The notes: generated from the sequence alone by a model not told the origin. A stretch of 64,000 nt of DNA from Candidatus Multivoradales bacterium (GCA_965223325.1 CBDCWI010000002.1:4482095-4546094); one strand, 5' to 3'; shown: positions 47,627 to 58,456, counted from the stretch's first letter. Program-made: numbers and translations.

Positions 47627-48889
47627 CTTACCTACGACGTCTTCGGCAACCTCCAGTCGACGGCAGGTGGCGGAGGCCGTGCGACCCCGACCAGTCAACA
47701 CACCAACCGACTGACCGTCGCCGGCACCAGGTACCAGCAAGATGGCAGCCTCATCGAGGCCGACGGCCGCATCTACCGCTACGGTGCCTTCGGCGAGGTC
47801 CTCTGCGCCAGCTCGGTCTTCCCTGACAACCCGTGCGTTCAAGACGACGGGTCGACCTCACCACCGAGCCAGCAGACCTCAGCGGTCTACATCTACGACG
47901 CTTCGGACGAGCGCATCTGGGAGTACGACCTGGCAGCGCGCAGCCAGTGGGCGATCCGCGACCTGGGCGGCCAGGTGCTGCGCGAGTACACCACCGACAA
48001 CGGCGTCTTCACCTACGAAGACACCATCCGCGGCCTCGGCAGGGTCCTGGCTGCCGAGACCACAGAAGGCCGCCGCTACCTCCACACCGACCATCTCGGC
48101 ACCGTGCGCCAGACCACCGATAGAGAAGGCAACGAAGTCGCCTACGACGTCTACTACCCCTACGGACGCGAAGCGACGACGTCAGACCAGGACGGCCTGC
48201 AGTGGAAATTCACCGGCCACGAGCGTGACTTCAACCACACCGGCTCGGCTGAAGATGACCTCGACTACATGCATGCCAGGTACTACTCGCCGGGGCTGGG
48301 TCGGTTTACGACGACGGATCCGATCAACTCGGGGAAGCCCGGGTTTCCGCAGACCTGGAACAAATACACGTACGCAACTGCGAGCCCCCTGACGAAGGTC
48401 GACCCTGACGGGCGAGAGCCGGTCTCGAGCACTGTTGTTGTGGTCAGCGCTACCGCTGCGGCTGCAGGAGCAGTAGCCGTTTGGGCATCCAGCCCCAACC
48501 CGGTACAGCCTGAGATGACAAACCTGGAAGTCGTGCAGGAGGATCTGCGTGAGGGTGCTGAAGCTCTGATCGACCTTGGACGAGTAGCGATCGATACACT
48601 CGCCAACATCTTCGCCTCTGAGAGCGAAGGCTCCAATCCCGAGACGGTTGCCACACCAGAGGAGGTCGACCCAACAGGCGGCATCAACGCCGGCGACGTC
48701 AGGAAACTGACCGACAGACGCCTGAAACAACTTGGCGTGAACGCAGAGGAGTTCAAGAAGGGTGAGGTAGGCGATGCAGCTGGCAGCTTCGATATTGGCG
48801 CCACTGGCGATGGGCGGCTGGTTCTGATTTCGAAGGGCGGTGACATTGTCGATCTTGAGATGTCAGTCGACGACCTTCAGGAGGACTGA
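47627..48889 (+). CDS. 5'-truncated (orphan) Rhs core with C-terminal toxin, Ntox33-like
   Basis: YD repeats, YLHTDHLGTVR, YYPYG, KFTGHERD, ARYYSPGLGRFTTTDP, TKVDPDG; tip LKQLGVNAEEFK...SFDIG...LVLISKGG. Confidence 0.85.
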   Translation, partial: LTYDVFGNLQSTAGGGGRATPTSQHTNRLTVAGTRYQQDGSLIEADGRIYRYGAFGEVLCASSVFPDNPCVQDDGSTSPPSQQTSAVYIYDASDERIWEYDLAARSQWAIRDLGGQVLREYTTDNGVFTYEDTIRGLGRVLAAETTEGRRYLHTDHLGTVRQTTDREGNEVAYDVYYPYGREATTSDQDGLQWKFTGHERDFNHTGSAEDDLDYMHARYYSPGLGRFTTTDPINSGKPGFPQTWNKYTYATASPLTKVDPDGREPVSSTVVVVSATAAAAGAVAVWASSPNPVQPEMTNLEVVQEDLREGAEALIDLGRVAIDTLANIFASESEGSNPETVATPEEVDPTGGINAGDVRKLTDRRLKQLGVNAEEFKKGEVGDAAGSFDIGATGDGRLVLISKGGDIVDLEMSVDDLQED

Positions 48890-48892
48890 AGA

Positions 48893-49354
48893 GTGCCTGT
48901 ACGAAACGATGATTCGAATGAGGTGATCGCAAGAATCACGGCGAGCCTGATCGTGACATGCGACTCTCTTGACTTTGACCGGCTCACGGAAGTTCTCGAC
49001 TGTGAACCCACCGCGACCTTGATCAAGGGCGATCCGCTTGGACGGGCTCGCCGCCCCGCCGGTTTCTCACTCTGGGAGGTGGCTGTTCGCCAACTCGGTC
49101 GAAGCGTTCCGCCCGTCGTCGACGAGCTCCTCGCGCGCTTCCGGGATCCGGCTGCCGCTGGTCGCTACCTCAAAGAGCACGGTCTCGAGCCGAGTTTCGA
49201 GATCGGGGTCTCGTTCTCAGGCGTTCTCCCAGAGCTCGTACTGAAACCGGAACACTTGCTTCGCCTGTCTGAACTCGGTGCGGCCGTGCTTTGGGATGTC
49301 AACCCAACCGCGAACGCTGCTGCGCTCTCGCTTGAACCGTGGAGGCCATCGTGA
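48893..49354 (+). CDS. DUF4279-like immunity protein (153 aa)
   Basis: ASLIVTCDSLDFDRLTEVLDCEPT...KGD...W...L.L.PE.L..LSELGA.V..D pattern; directly after the toxin. Confidence 0.75.
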   Translation: MPVRNDDSNEVIARITASLIVTCDSLDFDRLTEVLDCEPTATLIKGDPLGRARRPAGFSLWEVAVRQLGRSVPPVVDELLARFRDPAAAGRYLKEHGLEPSFEIGVSFSGVLPELVLKPEHLLRLSELGAAVLWDVNPTANAAALSLEPWRPS

Positions 49355-49767
49355 GCGAAGTGCCCTTCGAGGAGAAGACGTTCGCTGACTATCGCCCCGC
49401 GCGTGTTGAAGTGACGCTCCAGCTGAGAGGGAGCTCGGGAGGCGATCTGAAAGATGCATCGAGACCATGGGTCGGCCTTTTCAAACCTGAGCGAGACGAT
49501 CAAGGCCAGGTGCGTTTGAGTGCACGGCAGGCCGCTGACACTCACAGGACGGCGATCGTCATCAGCAAAGTGCTCGACGAGATCGACGACTTCGACGAGT
49601 TTCTGGGAGTCGTTCAGAACCATGCTGTTGAGACACTCCTCATGATCGAGGTCGACGCTCCAGACCTCCTGCCCGCTCTCGACGTTGGGGCCACCGACGT
49701 CGAGAAGCTGGCTGCGCTCGAATGTATCTTGCAGTGGCGCCTGAGGACTCTGCCGCCCGACTGGTGA
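49351..49767 (+). CDS. Second putative immunity protein (DUF4279-like C-terminus)
   Basis: GTGA overlap with the previous gene; similar C-terminal PALDV...VEKLAALEC pattern. Confidence 0.55.
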   Translation: MSEVPFEEKTFADYRPARVEVTLQLRGSSGGDLKDASRPWVGLFKPERDDQGQVRLSARQAADTHRTAIVISKVLDEIDDFDEFLGVVQNHAVETLLMIEVDAPDLLPALDVGATDVEKLAALECILQWRLRTLPPDW

Positions 49768-49774
49768 CGGGGAA

Positions 49775-50173
49775 GGGGCGGCCTCGCGTCGTCTAGGAGG
49801 GCCGGAGTCTACGTCAACGGCAGCCTGTCGAACGCTTTCAGCCAGGGCTTCGAGTACGACGACCTGGGAGCGACCACCAGGATCCACTACCCGAAGTGTG
49901 AAGGAGGGGGCTACGCGACGCCCTGCACCAACGATCCCGCTCCCGAACCAGTACCGATCTTCCCGGCGCCGCGGCCATCGCGAAGAGGATTTTCGCAACC
50001 AGACGCGAGGTCAACAGGTGACACAGTCGACGATGGCGAACGGCGGCGTGCGTAGGACCGGTCAGGACGGCACGCAGATTAGGATGAACCCCGACGGCAC
50101 CGCCCGGCTAGATTTGCCGGGGCGGGGAAGCCGACCAAACGGTGAAACCGTTCACATTCCTCCGAGAGAGTAG
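49775..50173 (+). pseudogene. Rhs fragment fused to an orphan toxin tip
   Basis: FEYDDLGATTRIHYPKC Rhs-like stretch, then QSTMANGGVRRTGQDGTQIRMNPDGTARLDLPGRGSRPNGETVHIPPRE stop. Confidence 0.55.
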
Positions 50174-50175
50174 TC

Positions 50176-50745
50176 GTGGCGCCGATACGCACCCTGGTTT
50201 CGCAGCTTCTAGCGAGCGCATGGAACGACATCCAGGTCCAAGCAGGGAGTCTTCGGCCTAGTTGCGCCGTTGGTACCGGCGGACACTCAGTTTCGGGTCT
50301 CTTGGTCCGAAGCTGCGCGGTTTTGATTCGAGGGGTCTCCTGGGACGACGTTGAGACGGGTGAACGTTATGGGTTGGAGTTCCTGAGCAGCGAGAGCAAG
50401 GCTGCAATGGACTTCTTGGCCTCGGCAAGGCCGCCTTTTAGACGACTGGTTGATATTCCTAGTTCTCTATCAGCGCTTCGCGCATTCGGCAGTTTCCCGC
50501 CCACCTCGGTGGATATTGGGCTTCACAACTTGTCAGCGGCGACCGAGGAAGGTGTGCCTGTGGCTTCCGAGGAGGCGCCGGTCAGCTGGTGCAAGTTCAC
50601 TTTAGGTGCGCGCAGGGGCCGTACGCTCTGGCTTCTGCCTGACGAGGCGATTCCACTCAATGTTGGATTGGTGCATGCCCACGATCTGGTCGCCTGGCCT
50701 GATAGGTCGCAAACGATCGTGCCGGTACGGCCCGGCCCAGGCTAG
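50176..50745 (+). CDS. Hypothetical protein, probable immunity partner of the orphan tip (189 aa)
   Basis: Starts 2 bp after the tip stop; lower GC; followed by another Rhs core fragment. Confidence 0.55.
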   Translation: MAPIRTLVSQLLASAWNDIQVQAGSLRPSCAVGTGGHSVSGLLVRSCAVLIRGVSWDDVETGERYGLEFLSSESKAAMDFLASARPPFRRLVDIPSSLSALRAFGSFPPTSVDIGLHNLSAATEEGVPVASEEAPVSWCKFTLGARRGRTLWLLPDEAIPLNVGLVHAHDLVAWPDRSQTIVPVRPGPG

Positions 50746-50766
50746 GCACCGCACAGGGCCGACTCC

Positions 50767-50945
50767 ACGCATGCCAGGTACTACTCGCCGGGACTGGGGA
50801 GGTTTACGACGACTGATCCGATCAACTCGCGTAGGCCCGGGTTTCCGCAGACCTGGAACAGGTACACCTACGCGACGGCAAGACCCTTGACGCTGGTCGA
50901 CCCCGACGGCCGAGAGCCGGTCTCTGGGACCGTCGTTGTGGTCAG
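50767..50945 (+). pseudogene. Rhs core-end fragment
   Basis: Near-identical to 48268-48448 (HARYYSPGLGRFTTTDPINS...VDPDGREPVS). Confidence 0.9.
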
Positions 50946-51215
50946 CCGAAGAAGGACCTTTGTCGCCGTTTTCGCTACATTCTCGCCCAGGGCTGCAAGG
51001 CGGGGTTGGTGTCATCTCCTCGCAAGTGGCCAAGCGGTCGGTAGGGGAGGCGCTCTGGTCGGGGACCTTCGAGCTCGACGGCATCTGGGTCGACCGCTCA
51101 GCGCTTCGGCGTCTCGCTTCTCGAAGGCGGGTCGTCGTTTGAGCGAGAAGGACTTCTCAAGCCGCGAAGACGGTCGTTCCTTCGAAGCTTCCGTGCTTCG
51201 AGGACCTCTCTGACG
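50946..51215 (+). pseudogene. Internal RAYT transposase fragment
   Basis: Aligns with 4856-5124 with small indels. Confidence 0.9.
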
Positions 51216-52124
51216 ACGCATGGGTTGTCGGGGAAGACCGAGCTGGCGCAGAGGACCTCGCCGAAGGCGCCGTAGCGGAAGATGCGGCCGTCGGCCTCGA
51301 CGAGGCTTCCGTCCTGCTGGTAGCTGGTGCCGGCGACGGTCAGTCGGTTGGTGTGTTGACTGGTTGGGGTCGCGCGGCCTCCACCACCTTCCGTCGACTG
51401 GAGGTTGCCGAAGACGTCGTGGGTAAACGCCTGTTGGTGCTCGTTGCCGGAGCCGTCGCGGGCGAGGTGGACTCCTGCCTCGGCGAAGCGGTGGACGGCG
51501 TCGTAGCGGTACCAGGAGCCGCCGATCGAGAGCGCCGCGCACGGTAGGGGGTAAGTCTTCCCGGCAACGCCGGCGACCGCGCCGCGCCGCGCTCCAGAGC
51601 TCTCCGTCAGCCTCCCCACGACCTCGATGCGTCTTCGCAACGTCCGAAACCTCGCCTTCGCCACTCGTGAACCTCGGCATTCCTCCCCGCTGGCGCAGCT
51701 TCGCCACCACACCCGCCGGTGCGTAGCCCCTCGAGCTCGCCAACCACCTCTTCGACGGCAGCCGGACCGTCAGGGACCGTCGCGAGCAACCGGCCCAGGC
51801 ACTTCCAGGGCCACAAACGGCAACGGGCTTGGGAAAGTCCCCGGCGGAAACTTCGCCTCCAGGTCACCACTCCACAGAAGATCGCGCGCTGCGCGATGCG
51901 CTCGCCTCACCGCATCAAAAACCGAAAGCAGGCGGTTACGCTCGTGCGAGTCCGACGCGATGCCCCGAGGCCGCGGCCCCCAGTCGAGCTTCCGCGGACG
52001 GCCCATCGGACTCACTTGCGTCGTCCTGTAGGCACGCGAGGTTTCGTGCCCTTTCGCTTGTGGCGCGCCCGGGTCTCGTCCTCGATCTCGACGATCATCC
52101 CGCGGGCCCAGGCGAAGTACTCCT
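51216..52124 (-). other. Inverted 909-bp segment (RAYT 3' end, REP end at 51524-51559, Rhs fragment)
   Basis: Flipping it restores RAYT CTGACG|AGGAGTAC and Rhs CCCATGCGT|TCAAGAC. Confidence 0.9.
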
Positions 52125-52392
52125 TCAAGACTACGGGTCGACCTCACCACCGAGCCAGCAGACCTCAGCGGGCTACATCTACGACGCTTCTGACGAGCGC
52201 ATCTGGGAGTACGACCTGGCCGCACGCAGCCAGTAGGCGATCCGCGACCTGGGCGGCCAGGTGCTACGCGAGTACACCACCGACAACGGCGTCTTCACAT
52301 ACAAAGACACCATCCGTGGCCTCGGCAGGGTCCTGGCAGCCGAGACCACAGAAGGCCGCCGCTACCTCCACACGGACCACCTCGGCACCGTC
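52125..52392 (+). pseudogene. Rhs core fragment with internal stop
   Basis: Near-identical to 47839-48104; TGG changed to TAG at ~52233. Confidence 0.9.
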
Positions 52393-52646
52393 AGAAGCGG
52401 CACCCTGCACCAACGATCTCGCGCGGTCACGAAGCGTGAAACTCGCGAGCATCGCCTTCAGAAACGGCGTCACCGAGACTCATGCTCTCAACCCCCACAG
52501 CAGCGGCGTCCTCAGCTGTGTTCGCTCCCTGTGAGCACGACCCCACGTCGGTTCCAATATCGAGGCCTCGGAAGTGCCCTTCCGAGGCCCTCTTTTCTTC
52601 GCAATCGAGAAGGGAACGCGGCGGGCCTTCGTGAAACGCCGGCCGG

Positions 52647-53969
52647 TCAACGGGCTTGCGTTGCCGAGAACACGACCGGGATCGAAAGCCGAAAGCAGGT
52701 GCCATGCTCGGGTTCGCTCTCGACCGTGACCTCGCCGCCGTGGGCCAGTGCGACGTGCTTGACGATGGCGAGGCCGAGCCCCGTCCCCCCGACGGCACGC
52801 GAACGGCCGGCGTCGACGCGATAGAAGCGTTCGAAGATGCGATCGAGGTGCACGGCGTCGATTCCAGGGCCGCTGTCTTCAACTGAGACGACCACCAGGC
52901 GCCCGTCGCGCCGCGCCCGGATCTCCACCCTCTCGCCCTCTCCGGCGTACTTGATGCCGTTGTCGAGCAGGTTGACGATGGCGATCTCGAGGGCCGCGGG
53001 GTCGGCTTCGAGCTCGATGCGTTCGCCTTGGAGCTTGGTGGCGATCGTGACCCCTGCGTTGCTGGCTTGATGACGCCTCGAGGCAATGGCTCGCTGGATG
53101 ACATCACCGAGATCGATGGGTTGTACGTCGAGCGCCTCGCCAGCGCGCTCGATGCGCGAAAGGGTGAGGAGGTCGTCGACCAGTGCGCCTAGCCGGGTGG
53201 TCTGATCGCGGATCTTGAAGAGGAAGAGTCGTCTGGTGTTGGGCTCCATCTCCGGGTCGTCGATCAGAGTCTCGACCATTCCCTGCGAAGCGGTCAACGG
53301 TGTCTTGAGTTCGTGTGAGACGTTGGCCACGAAGTCGCGCCGCATGCTCTCGAGGCGGCGAAGCTCGGTGAAAACCGGAACGGTGATGCGGTCCGCGAGC
53401 AGGAAAGAGACGGCGACCGCCATCAGCGCCGAGAGCAGGCTTCCTAGCAAGATGATGATCCGTGCCGTGTTGATCGCCGCTCGAAGGGAGCCGAAGGACT
53501 CGGAGACGAGGAGGTTGTATGGCAGGGTCGGCCCGCGGTTCCCGGGCGCCGGGCGTCGTAGCGGAACCACGACGGCGAGATGTTCTCGGCGGCCACGGAG
53601 GGCATCGGCCGCGACCGTCTGAGATGGTTCACCGATTGGGAAGCGGGAGAGGTCCAGTTCGGGGAGCGCTTCGGCGTTCGAGGCCGCGACGATCCGTCCT
53701 TCCGCGTCGAAGAGCGCCATCTCGAGGAGAGTCTCCTGCGAAAGCCGGCGGAGGAGCGGTCCGGAGCGCTCCGCCCGTTCATCGATCTCGAGGCTCCGCG
53801 CCACGGTTCGCGCCAGGAGGCCTGCCGAACGCTCGAGCAAGCGTTCGGCTTCCGCGATGCGCTGCTCGGAGAGCAGATGGCCGACGCCCACGGCGGCCGG
53901 CAGCGAGACCAGCAGGCTCGCGACCAGGAAGGCGAGCACGAGAGCCCGAACGATCTTGCCTCTAACCAC
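52647..53969 (-). CDS. phoR: Phosphate regulon sensor histidine kinase
   Basis: RRDFVANVSHELKTPL, NLLDNGIKY, DSGPGI, IFERFYRVD, GTGLGLAIVKH; two TM helices; follows phoB. Confidence 0.9.
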   Translation of the reverse strand: MVRGKIVRALVLAFLVASLLVSLPAAVGVGHLLSEQRIAEAERLLERSAGLLARTVARSLEIDERAERSGPLLRRLSQETLLEMALFDAEGRIVAASNAEALPELDLSRFPIGEPSQTVAADALRGRREHLAVVVPLRRPAPGNRGPTLPYNLLVSESFGSLRAAINTARIIILLGSLLSALMAVAVSFLLADRITVPVFTELRRLESMRRDFVANVSHELKTPLTASQGMVETLIDDPEMEPNTRRLFLFKIRDQTTRLGALVDDLLTLSRIERAGEALDVQPIDLGDVIQRAIASRRHQASNAGVTIATKLQGERIELEADPAALEIAIVNLLDNGIKYAGEGERVEIRARRDGRLVVVSVEDSGPGIDAVHLDRIFERFYRVDAGRSRAVGGTGLGLAIVKHVALAHGGEVTVESEPEHGTCFRLSIPVVFSATQAR

Positions 53970-54054
53970 GGTAGGCGGAGTCTTTCACGGAGCGAATCGT
54001 GGGTTTGGCTTCGAGGAGGCGCCGGCCACCCTCTGTCACCTTCTGTCGCCTTCT

Positions 54055-54783
54055 TCAGTCGCTCCGAGGGGCCAGGCGGTAGCCTACGCCGCGGATCGTC
54101 TCGATCAGGCCCCGTTCGTTGCCGAGCTTTTTGCGTACCGAGCGGACGTGGACGTCGATGTTGCGGTCGATGACCACGGCGCCATCGCCGATCACGCGAT
54201 CGATCAGCTGTTCGCGAGTGAACACACGCTGCGGGTTGCGAGCGAGGAAGGAGAGCAGGCGGAACTCTGTCGCCGTGAAGCGTTGCTCCTCGCCGTCGAT
54301 GAGCACCTGGTGGCGAGCAGTGTCGACGGTCACCCGGCCGAAGTGGTAGGGGCGCTCCTCGTCGCTGGCGGTCCCGGCTGTACTGCGGCGGAGGACAGCC
54401 CCGGCTCGTGCAAGGACCTCGCGCGGCGAGAAAGGCTTGGTGATGTAGTCGTCGGCTCCCATGCCGAGACCGAGGACGATGTCGCTCTCTTCTCCTTTGG
54501 CCGTGATCATGATGATCGGGATGTCCCTGGTCGTCGACTGGTTCTTCAGGCGGCGGCAGACCTCGATGCCGTCGAGGCCTGGGAGCAGGAGATCCAGCAG
54601 GACGAGGTCTGGAAGCGCAGCACGGACCGCGTTGATTCCCTCCATTCCGTTGGTCGCGGTCGAGACTTCGTATCCCTCGCGGGCGAAGTTGTAGCGCAGC
54701 ACCTCCAGGATGTCTGCTTCGTCCTCGATGATGACGATGCGGTGGGCGGTCATGACGGCTTGCTCACGTGCGGTGACGCTCAT
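54055..54783 (-). CDS. phoB: Phosphate regulon response regulator (OmpR family)
   Basis: IIEDE, LLDLLLP, GADDYITKPF, DRNIDVHV, IETIRGVGY; pst context. Confidence 0.9.
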   Translation of the reverse strand: MSVTAREQAVMTAHRIVIIEDEADILEVLRYNFAREGYEVSTATNGMEGINAVRAALPDLVLLDLLLPGLDGIEVCRRLKNQSTTRDIPIIMITAKGEESDIVLGLGMGADDYITKPFSPREVLARAGAVLRRSTAGTASDEERPYHFGRVTVDTARHQVLIDGEEQRFTATEFRLLSFLARNPQRVFTREQLIDRVIGDGAVVIDRNIDVHVRSVRKKLGNERGLIETIRGVGYRLAPRSD

Positions 54784-54872
54784 GGTCTGCTTTCGGCTTT
54801 TCTCGGGCTCTCTGATGCTCGTGGGCTTCTCGCCCTCCGATCGTTCCGGTGGGACAGCAACGTTCGAAGCCT

Positions 54873-54900
54873 ACGAAAGCGATGTAAGGCAGATGTCAAG
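54873..54900 (-). promoter_or_regulatory. Pho-box-like triple repeat upstream of phoB
   Basis: Minus-strand hexamers CTTGAC, CCTTAC, TTTCGT at 11-bp period. Confidence 0.5.
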
Positions 54901-54941
54901 ATCGGCCGAAAGTCCTCGATTTCGGGTCGTCGGTGTTTCGC

Positions 54942-55661
54942 TCAGTCCTTCTTCATGGCCAGCTTCTCCTGATGGCGGATGACTTCGCCGTCGACCAGGA
55001 AGACAACGTCCTCGGCCATGTTGGTGGCGAGATCCGCGATGCGCTCGAGACATCGTGACACCGAGAGCAGCCGCATCGCCTGTTCGCCGTCCTCCGGCTT
55101 CTCGACGATCGCCCGGGTGGTCAGCCCGTACATTTCACGATGGAGGTTGTCGACGTCCTCGTCGTCGCGAAGGACTTTGCGCGCCAGGCTGGCGTCGGCG
55201 CGCATGATCGACTGGAGCGCCTCCCGCAGCATGGTGCGGGAGCGTTCCGCCATCTCGATGACCTGATCCGGCAGGATGACCGAGCGCGCTGGAGTGAGCT
55301 CGATGGCACGTTCCGCGATGTTCCGCGCCAGGTCGCCGACCCGCTCGAGGTCGTTGTTCACCTTGAGGATGGCGATGACGAGACGGAGGTCGCCTGCCAC
55401 CGGCTGATGGAGAGCGAGGGTCTTGAGGCACTCTTCCTCGACTTCGATTTCGCGAGCGTCGATGCGGCGATCACCCTCGATGACGTCACGGGCGAGCGCA
55501 ACCTTGCCCTCGACCAGCGAGCGCACAGCGGTGTGGGTGGCCTGCTCAACCATCACTCCGAGTTCGAGAATCGAGGTCCGGATCTGGTCGAGGTCGCGGT
55601 CGAGGTGGCGTCGCACAGGATGAATCCTCGTGAGCAGGTCAGCCGAAGCGGCCGGTGACAT
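54942..55661 (-). CDS. phoU: Phosphate signalling complex protein
   Basis: QPVAGDLR...[16 protein letters not shown]; [14 protein letters not shown]. Confidence 0.95.
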   Translation of the reverse strand: MSPAASADLLTRIHPVRRHLDRDLDQIRTSILELGVMVEQATHTAVRSLVEGKVALARDVIEGDRRIDAREIEVEEECLKTLALHQPVAGDLRLVIAILKVNNDLERVGDLARNIAERAIELTPARSVILPDQVIEMAERSRTMLREALQSIMRADASLARKVLRDDEDVDNLHREMYGLTTRAIVEKPEDGEQAMRLLSVSRCLERIADLATNMAEDVVFLVDGEVIRHQEKLAMKKD

Positions 55662-56520
55662 AGTCCTCGGTCCGCTGATGCTTCGGGTTGGTGAAGAGGA
55701 GGTCGGTGGGTCCGAATTCGATGAGTTTGCCCGCCTCCAAGAAGGCGGTGAACTCGGAGGCTCTTGCGGCCTGCTGCATGTTGTGCGTGACGATCGCGAT
55801 GGTGTACTCGGCCTTGAGCTCGTCGAGGAGGTCCTCGATGCGCGCGGTCGAGACCGGGTCGAGCGCGGAGCATGGTTCGTCCATCAGGATGATCTCTGGC
55901 GACATCGCCAGGGTGCGCGCGATGCACAGCCGCTGCTGCTGGCCGCCCGAGAGTCCGGTAGCTGACTCGTTGAGCCGATCCTTGACCTCGTCCCAGAGCG
56001 CAGCCTTGCGCAGGCAGTCTTCGACGAGTGCGTCCAGGTCGCCGCGGATCTTGTTGATGCGTGGCCCCCAGGCGACGTTGTTGTAGATCGACTTCGGAAA
56101 TGGGTTGGGCTTCTGGAAGACCATGCCGATGCGACGTCGGACTTCTACCGGATCGACCTCGGGAGCGTAGAGGTCGAGCCCGTGGTAGAGGATGCTGCCC
56201 TCGATGTTGACCGTGGGAATGAGGTCATTCATCCGATTGAGCGAACGCAGCAGCGTGCTCTTGCCGCAGCCCGACGGACCAATGATCGAGGTGACGTGGT
56301 TCTGTGGGATCGCTAGATCGATCGAATCGACCGCCACGTTGTCGCCATAGGCGATGGTCAGCGAACGGACCTCGAGCGCGGTGGGGAGGCTCGAAGCGTC
56401 GGGGACGGGAGATCCGCTCTCGACCGCGGTGCTGCCTAGAGACGAACCTGGCCTCTTCTGCGCGGGGCCTTGTGGCGTGCCTTCCTGGGATCGATCGGTC
56501 ATCGGGATGGAGTCTGACAT
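55639..56520 (-). CDS. pstB: Phosphate ABC transporter ATPase
   Basis: [51 protein letters not shown]; exact start uncertain. Confidence 0.97.
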   Translation of the reverse strand: MSDSIPMTDRSQEGTPQGPAQKRPGSSLGSTAVESGSPVPDASSLPTALEVRSLTIAYGDNVAVDSIDLAIPQNHVTSIIGPSGCGKSTLLRSLNRMNDLIPTVNIEGSILYHGLDLYAPEVDPVEVRRRIGMVFQKPNPFPKSIYNNVAWGPRINKIRGDLDALVEDCLRKAALWDEVKDRLNESATGLSGGQQQRLCIARTLAMSPEIILMDEPCSALDPVSTARIEDLLDELKAEYTIAIVTHNMQQAARASEFTAFLEAGKLIEFGPTDLLFTNPKHQRTEDYVTGRFG

Positions 56521-56585
56521 GGACTTGGGGCTTCTCCGGGAGGACGGGCTCGGGGCGGAAGTGAATTCAAGGGGTTGCAAGACCT

Positions 56586-57488
56586 TCAGCGGCTGGCCCG
56601 CTGCCGAAGGAAGACCGCCACGGCATTCATGGTGAAGAGCACCACGAGCAGAACGATGATTCCCGCAGCGGCGACGTCGTGGAAGTCGGCCTGTGGACGT
56701 GCGGTCCAGTTGTAGACCTGGATCGGCAGGGCGGTGAAGGCGTCCATCGGGCTCTCGGGCACAAAGGCAACATAGGTCAGCGCGCCCATCATGATCAGGG
56801 GGGCGGTCTCACCGATCGCTCGCGAAATCGCGAGGATGACTCCTGTGAGGATGCCAGGAACGGCGGCAGGGAGGACGTGGTGGCGCACGGCCTGCCAGCG
56901 GGTTGCGCCCAACGCCAGAGCGGCGTGTCGAATCGAGGGGGGTACGGCGCGGATCGCTTCGCGTGCCGCGATGATGATCACCGGGAGGATGAGTAGGCTC
57001 ATGGTCAGTGCACCGGCCAGCACGCTGCGCCCGAGGGCGAAGAAGCGTACGAAGATCACCAGGCCGAGGATGCCGTAGACGATCGATGGCACGCCGGCGA
57101 GGTTGGCAATGTTGATCTGGACGAACGTCGACCAGCGACCCTGCTTGGCGAACTCCTCGAGATACAGAGCCGCACCGACCCCAACCGGCACTGATATCAG
57201 GATGGTGAGGCTGATCATCCAGATGCTTCCCCAGAGCGCTGACTTGATGCCGGCCTTCTCTGGGAAGCGCGACGGGAAGCTCTGCAGGAACTGGAGATCG
57301 AGCCACGGCAGTCCCTGGCGTAGCACCTGCCAGAGCAGGAGGGCGAGGAAGACGATGCCGACCAGAAGCATCGAGGCGCAGAGGCCACGGAAGAAGGCGG
57401 CCTTGCGGCGTCGCCAGGCGAGTCCCGGCCCCGGAGCGAGGCTGGCGACCGGGGTGGCTCCGGTCATGCGCACGACGGGGCGGGCCAT
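56586..57488 (-). CDS. pstA: Phosphate ABC transporter permease
   Basis: [23 protein letters not shown]. Confidence 0.96.
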   Translation of the reverse strand: MARPVVRMTGATPVASLAPGPGLAWRRRKAAFFRGLCASMLLVGIVFLALLLWQVLRQGLPWLDLQFLQSFPSRFPEKAGIKSALWGSIWMISLTILISVPVGVGAALYLEEFAKQGRWSTFVQINIANLAGVPSIVYGILGLVIFVRFFALGRSVLAGALTMSLLILPVIIIAAREAIRAVPPSIRHAALALGATRWQAVRHHVLPAAVPGILTGVILAISRAIGETAPLIMMGALTYVAFVPESPMDAFTALPIQVYNWTARPQADFHDVAAAGIIVLLVVLFTMNAVAVFLRQRASR

Positions 57489-58456
57489 CAGTCGTAGACC
57501 TCACGGAAGCGGCGCAGAACGCGGTCGGCGATCAGGTTCATGCCGAGGGTGATCAGGAAGAGCAGGGCGCCGACCGCGAAAATCGTCTGGTACTCGATGG
57601 TGCCTGCCGGAGTGTCGCCGAGGCTGACCTGGACGATGTACGCGGTCATCGTCTGGATGCTTTCGAGATAATCGAAATCGAGGCTGGGGGTCGCTCCCGC
57701 CGCGATCGTCACGGCCATGGTTTCGCCGATGGCGCGTGAAACCGCCAGCACGAAGCTGGCCAGGACACCGGAGAGTGCGGCCGGAGTGACCACGCGCAGG
57801 GAGACCTCCATGCGCGTTGCGCCGAGAGCGGTGGCGGCGTGTCTCAGGTGATCGGGCACGGCGCGCAGGGCGTCGTCGCAGAGCGAGGCGACCATCGGCA
57901 GGATCATGATGCCGACGACGATCGAAGCACTTGCCGCGTTGAAGATCTGGGTGTCGGGGAGGACGCGGCGGATGACCGGTGTGACGAAGGTGAGCGCAAA
58001 GTAGCCGTAGACCACGGTCGGAATGCCCGCGAGGACCTCGAGCACCGGCTTGAAGATGTTTCGCACCCGGTCGGATGCGTACTCGGCGAGGTAGATCGCC
58101 GACAGGAGCCCGATGGGCAGAGCCACCAGCGAAGAACCGAGCACGATCATCATGGTGCCGGCGAGCAGCGGCAGGATGCCGAACGCACGTGGCTCGATCA
58201 GCGGGGTCCAGCGGGTGCCGAAGAGGAAGTCGGTGAGCGGCACCTCCTGGAAGAAGCCGGCCGACTCCCTCGCCAGGACGAGGACGATGCCGAAAGTCGT
58301 GGCGATCGAGACGAAGGCGCAGGCGATCAGGAAGAACCGGATGAGTTCCTCGGGCCACCGTGCACGCAGCCGTTCGCCACGGCTCCTGATGACCCCACGA
58401 GCCGCATGCGTGGCGCTTGCGGAGCGTTCAGCGTTGGTTGGGACGGAAGGCGCCAT
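57488..58456 (-). CDS. pstC: Phosphate ABC transporter permease
   Basis: [26 protein letters not shown]. Confidence 0.96.
   Translation of the reverse strand: MAPSVPTNAERSASATHAARGVIRSRGERLRARWPEELIRFFLIACAFVSIATTFGIVLVLARESAGFFQEVPLTDFLFGTRWTPLIEPRAFGILPLLAGTMMIVLGSSLVALPIGLLSAIYLAEYASDRVRNIFKPVLEVLAGIPTVVYGYFALTFVTPVIRRVLPDTQIFNAASASIVVGIMILPMVASLCDDALRAVPDHLRHAATALGATRMEVSLRVVTPAALSGVLASFVLAVSRAIGETMAVTIAAGATPSLDFDYLESIQTMTAYIVQVSLGDTPAGTIEYQTIFAVGALLFLITLGMNLIADRVLRRFREVYD

Noticed and set aside
54030-54056. CTGTCACCTTCTGTCGCC as a canonical Pho box before phoR
   Set aside because: 10-bp period and on the opposite strand to the three consistent 11-bp repeats
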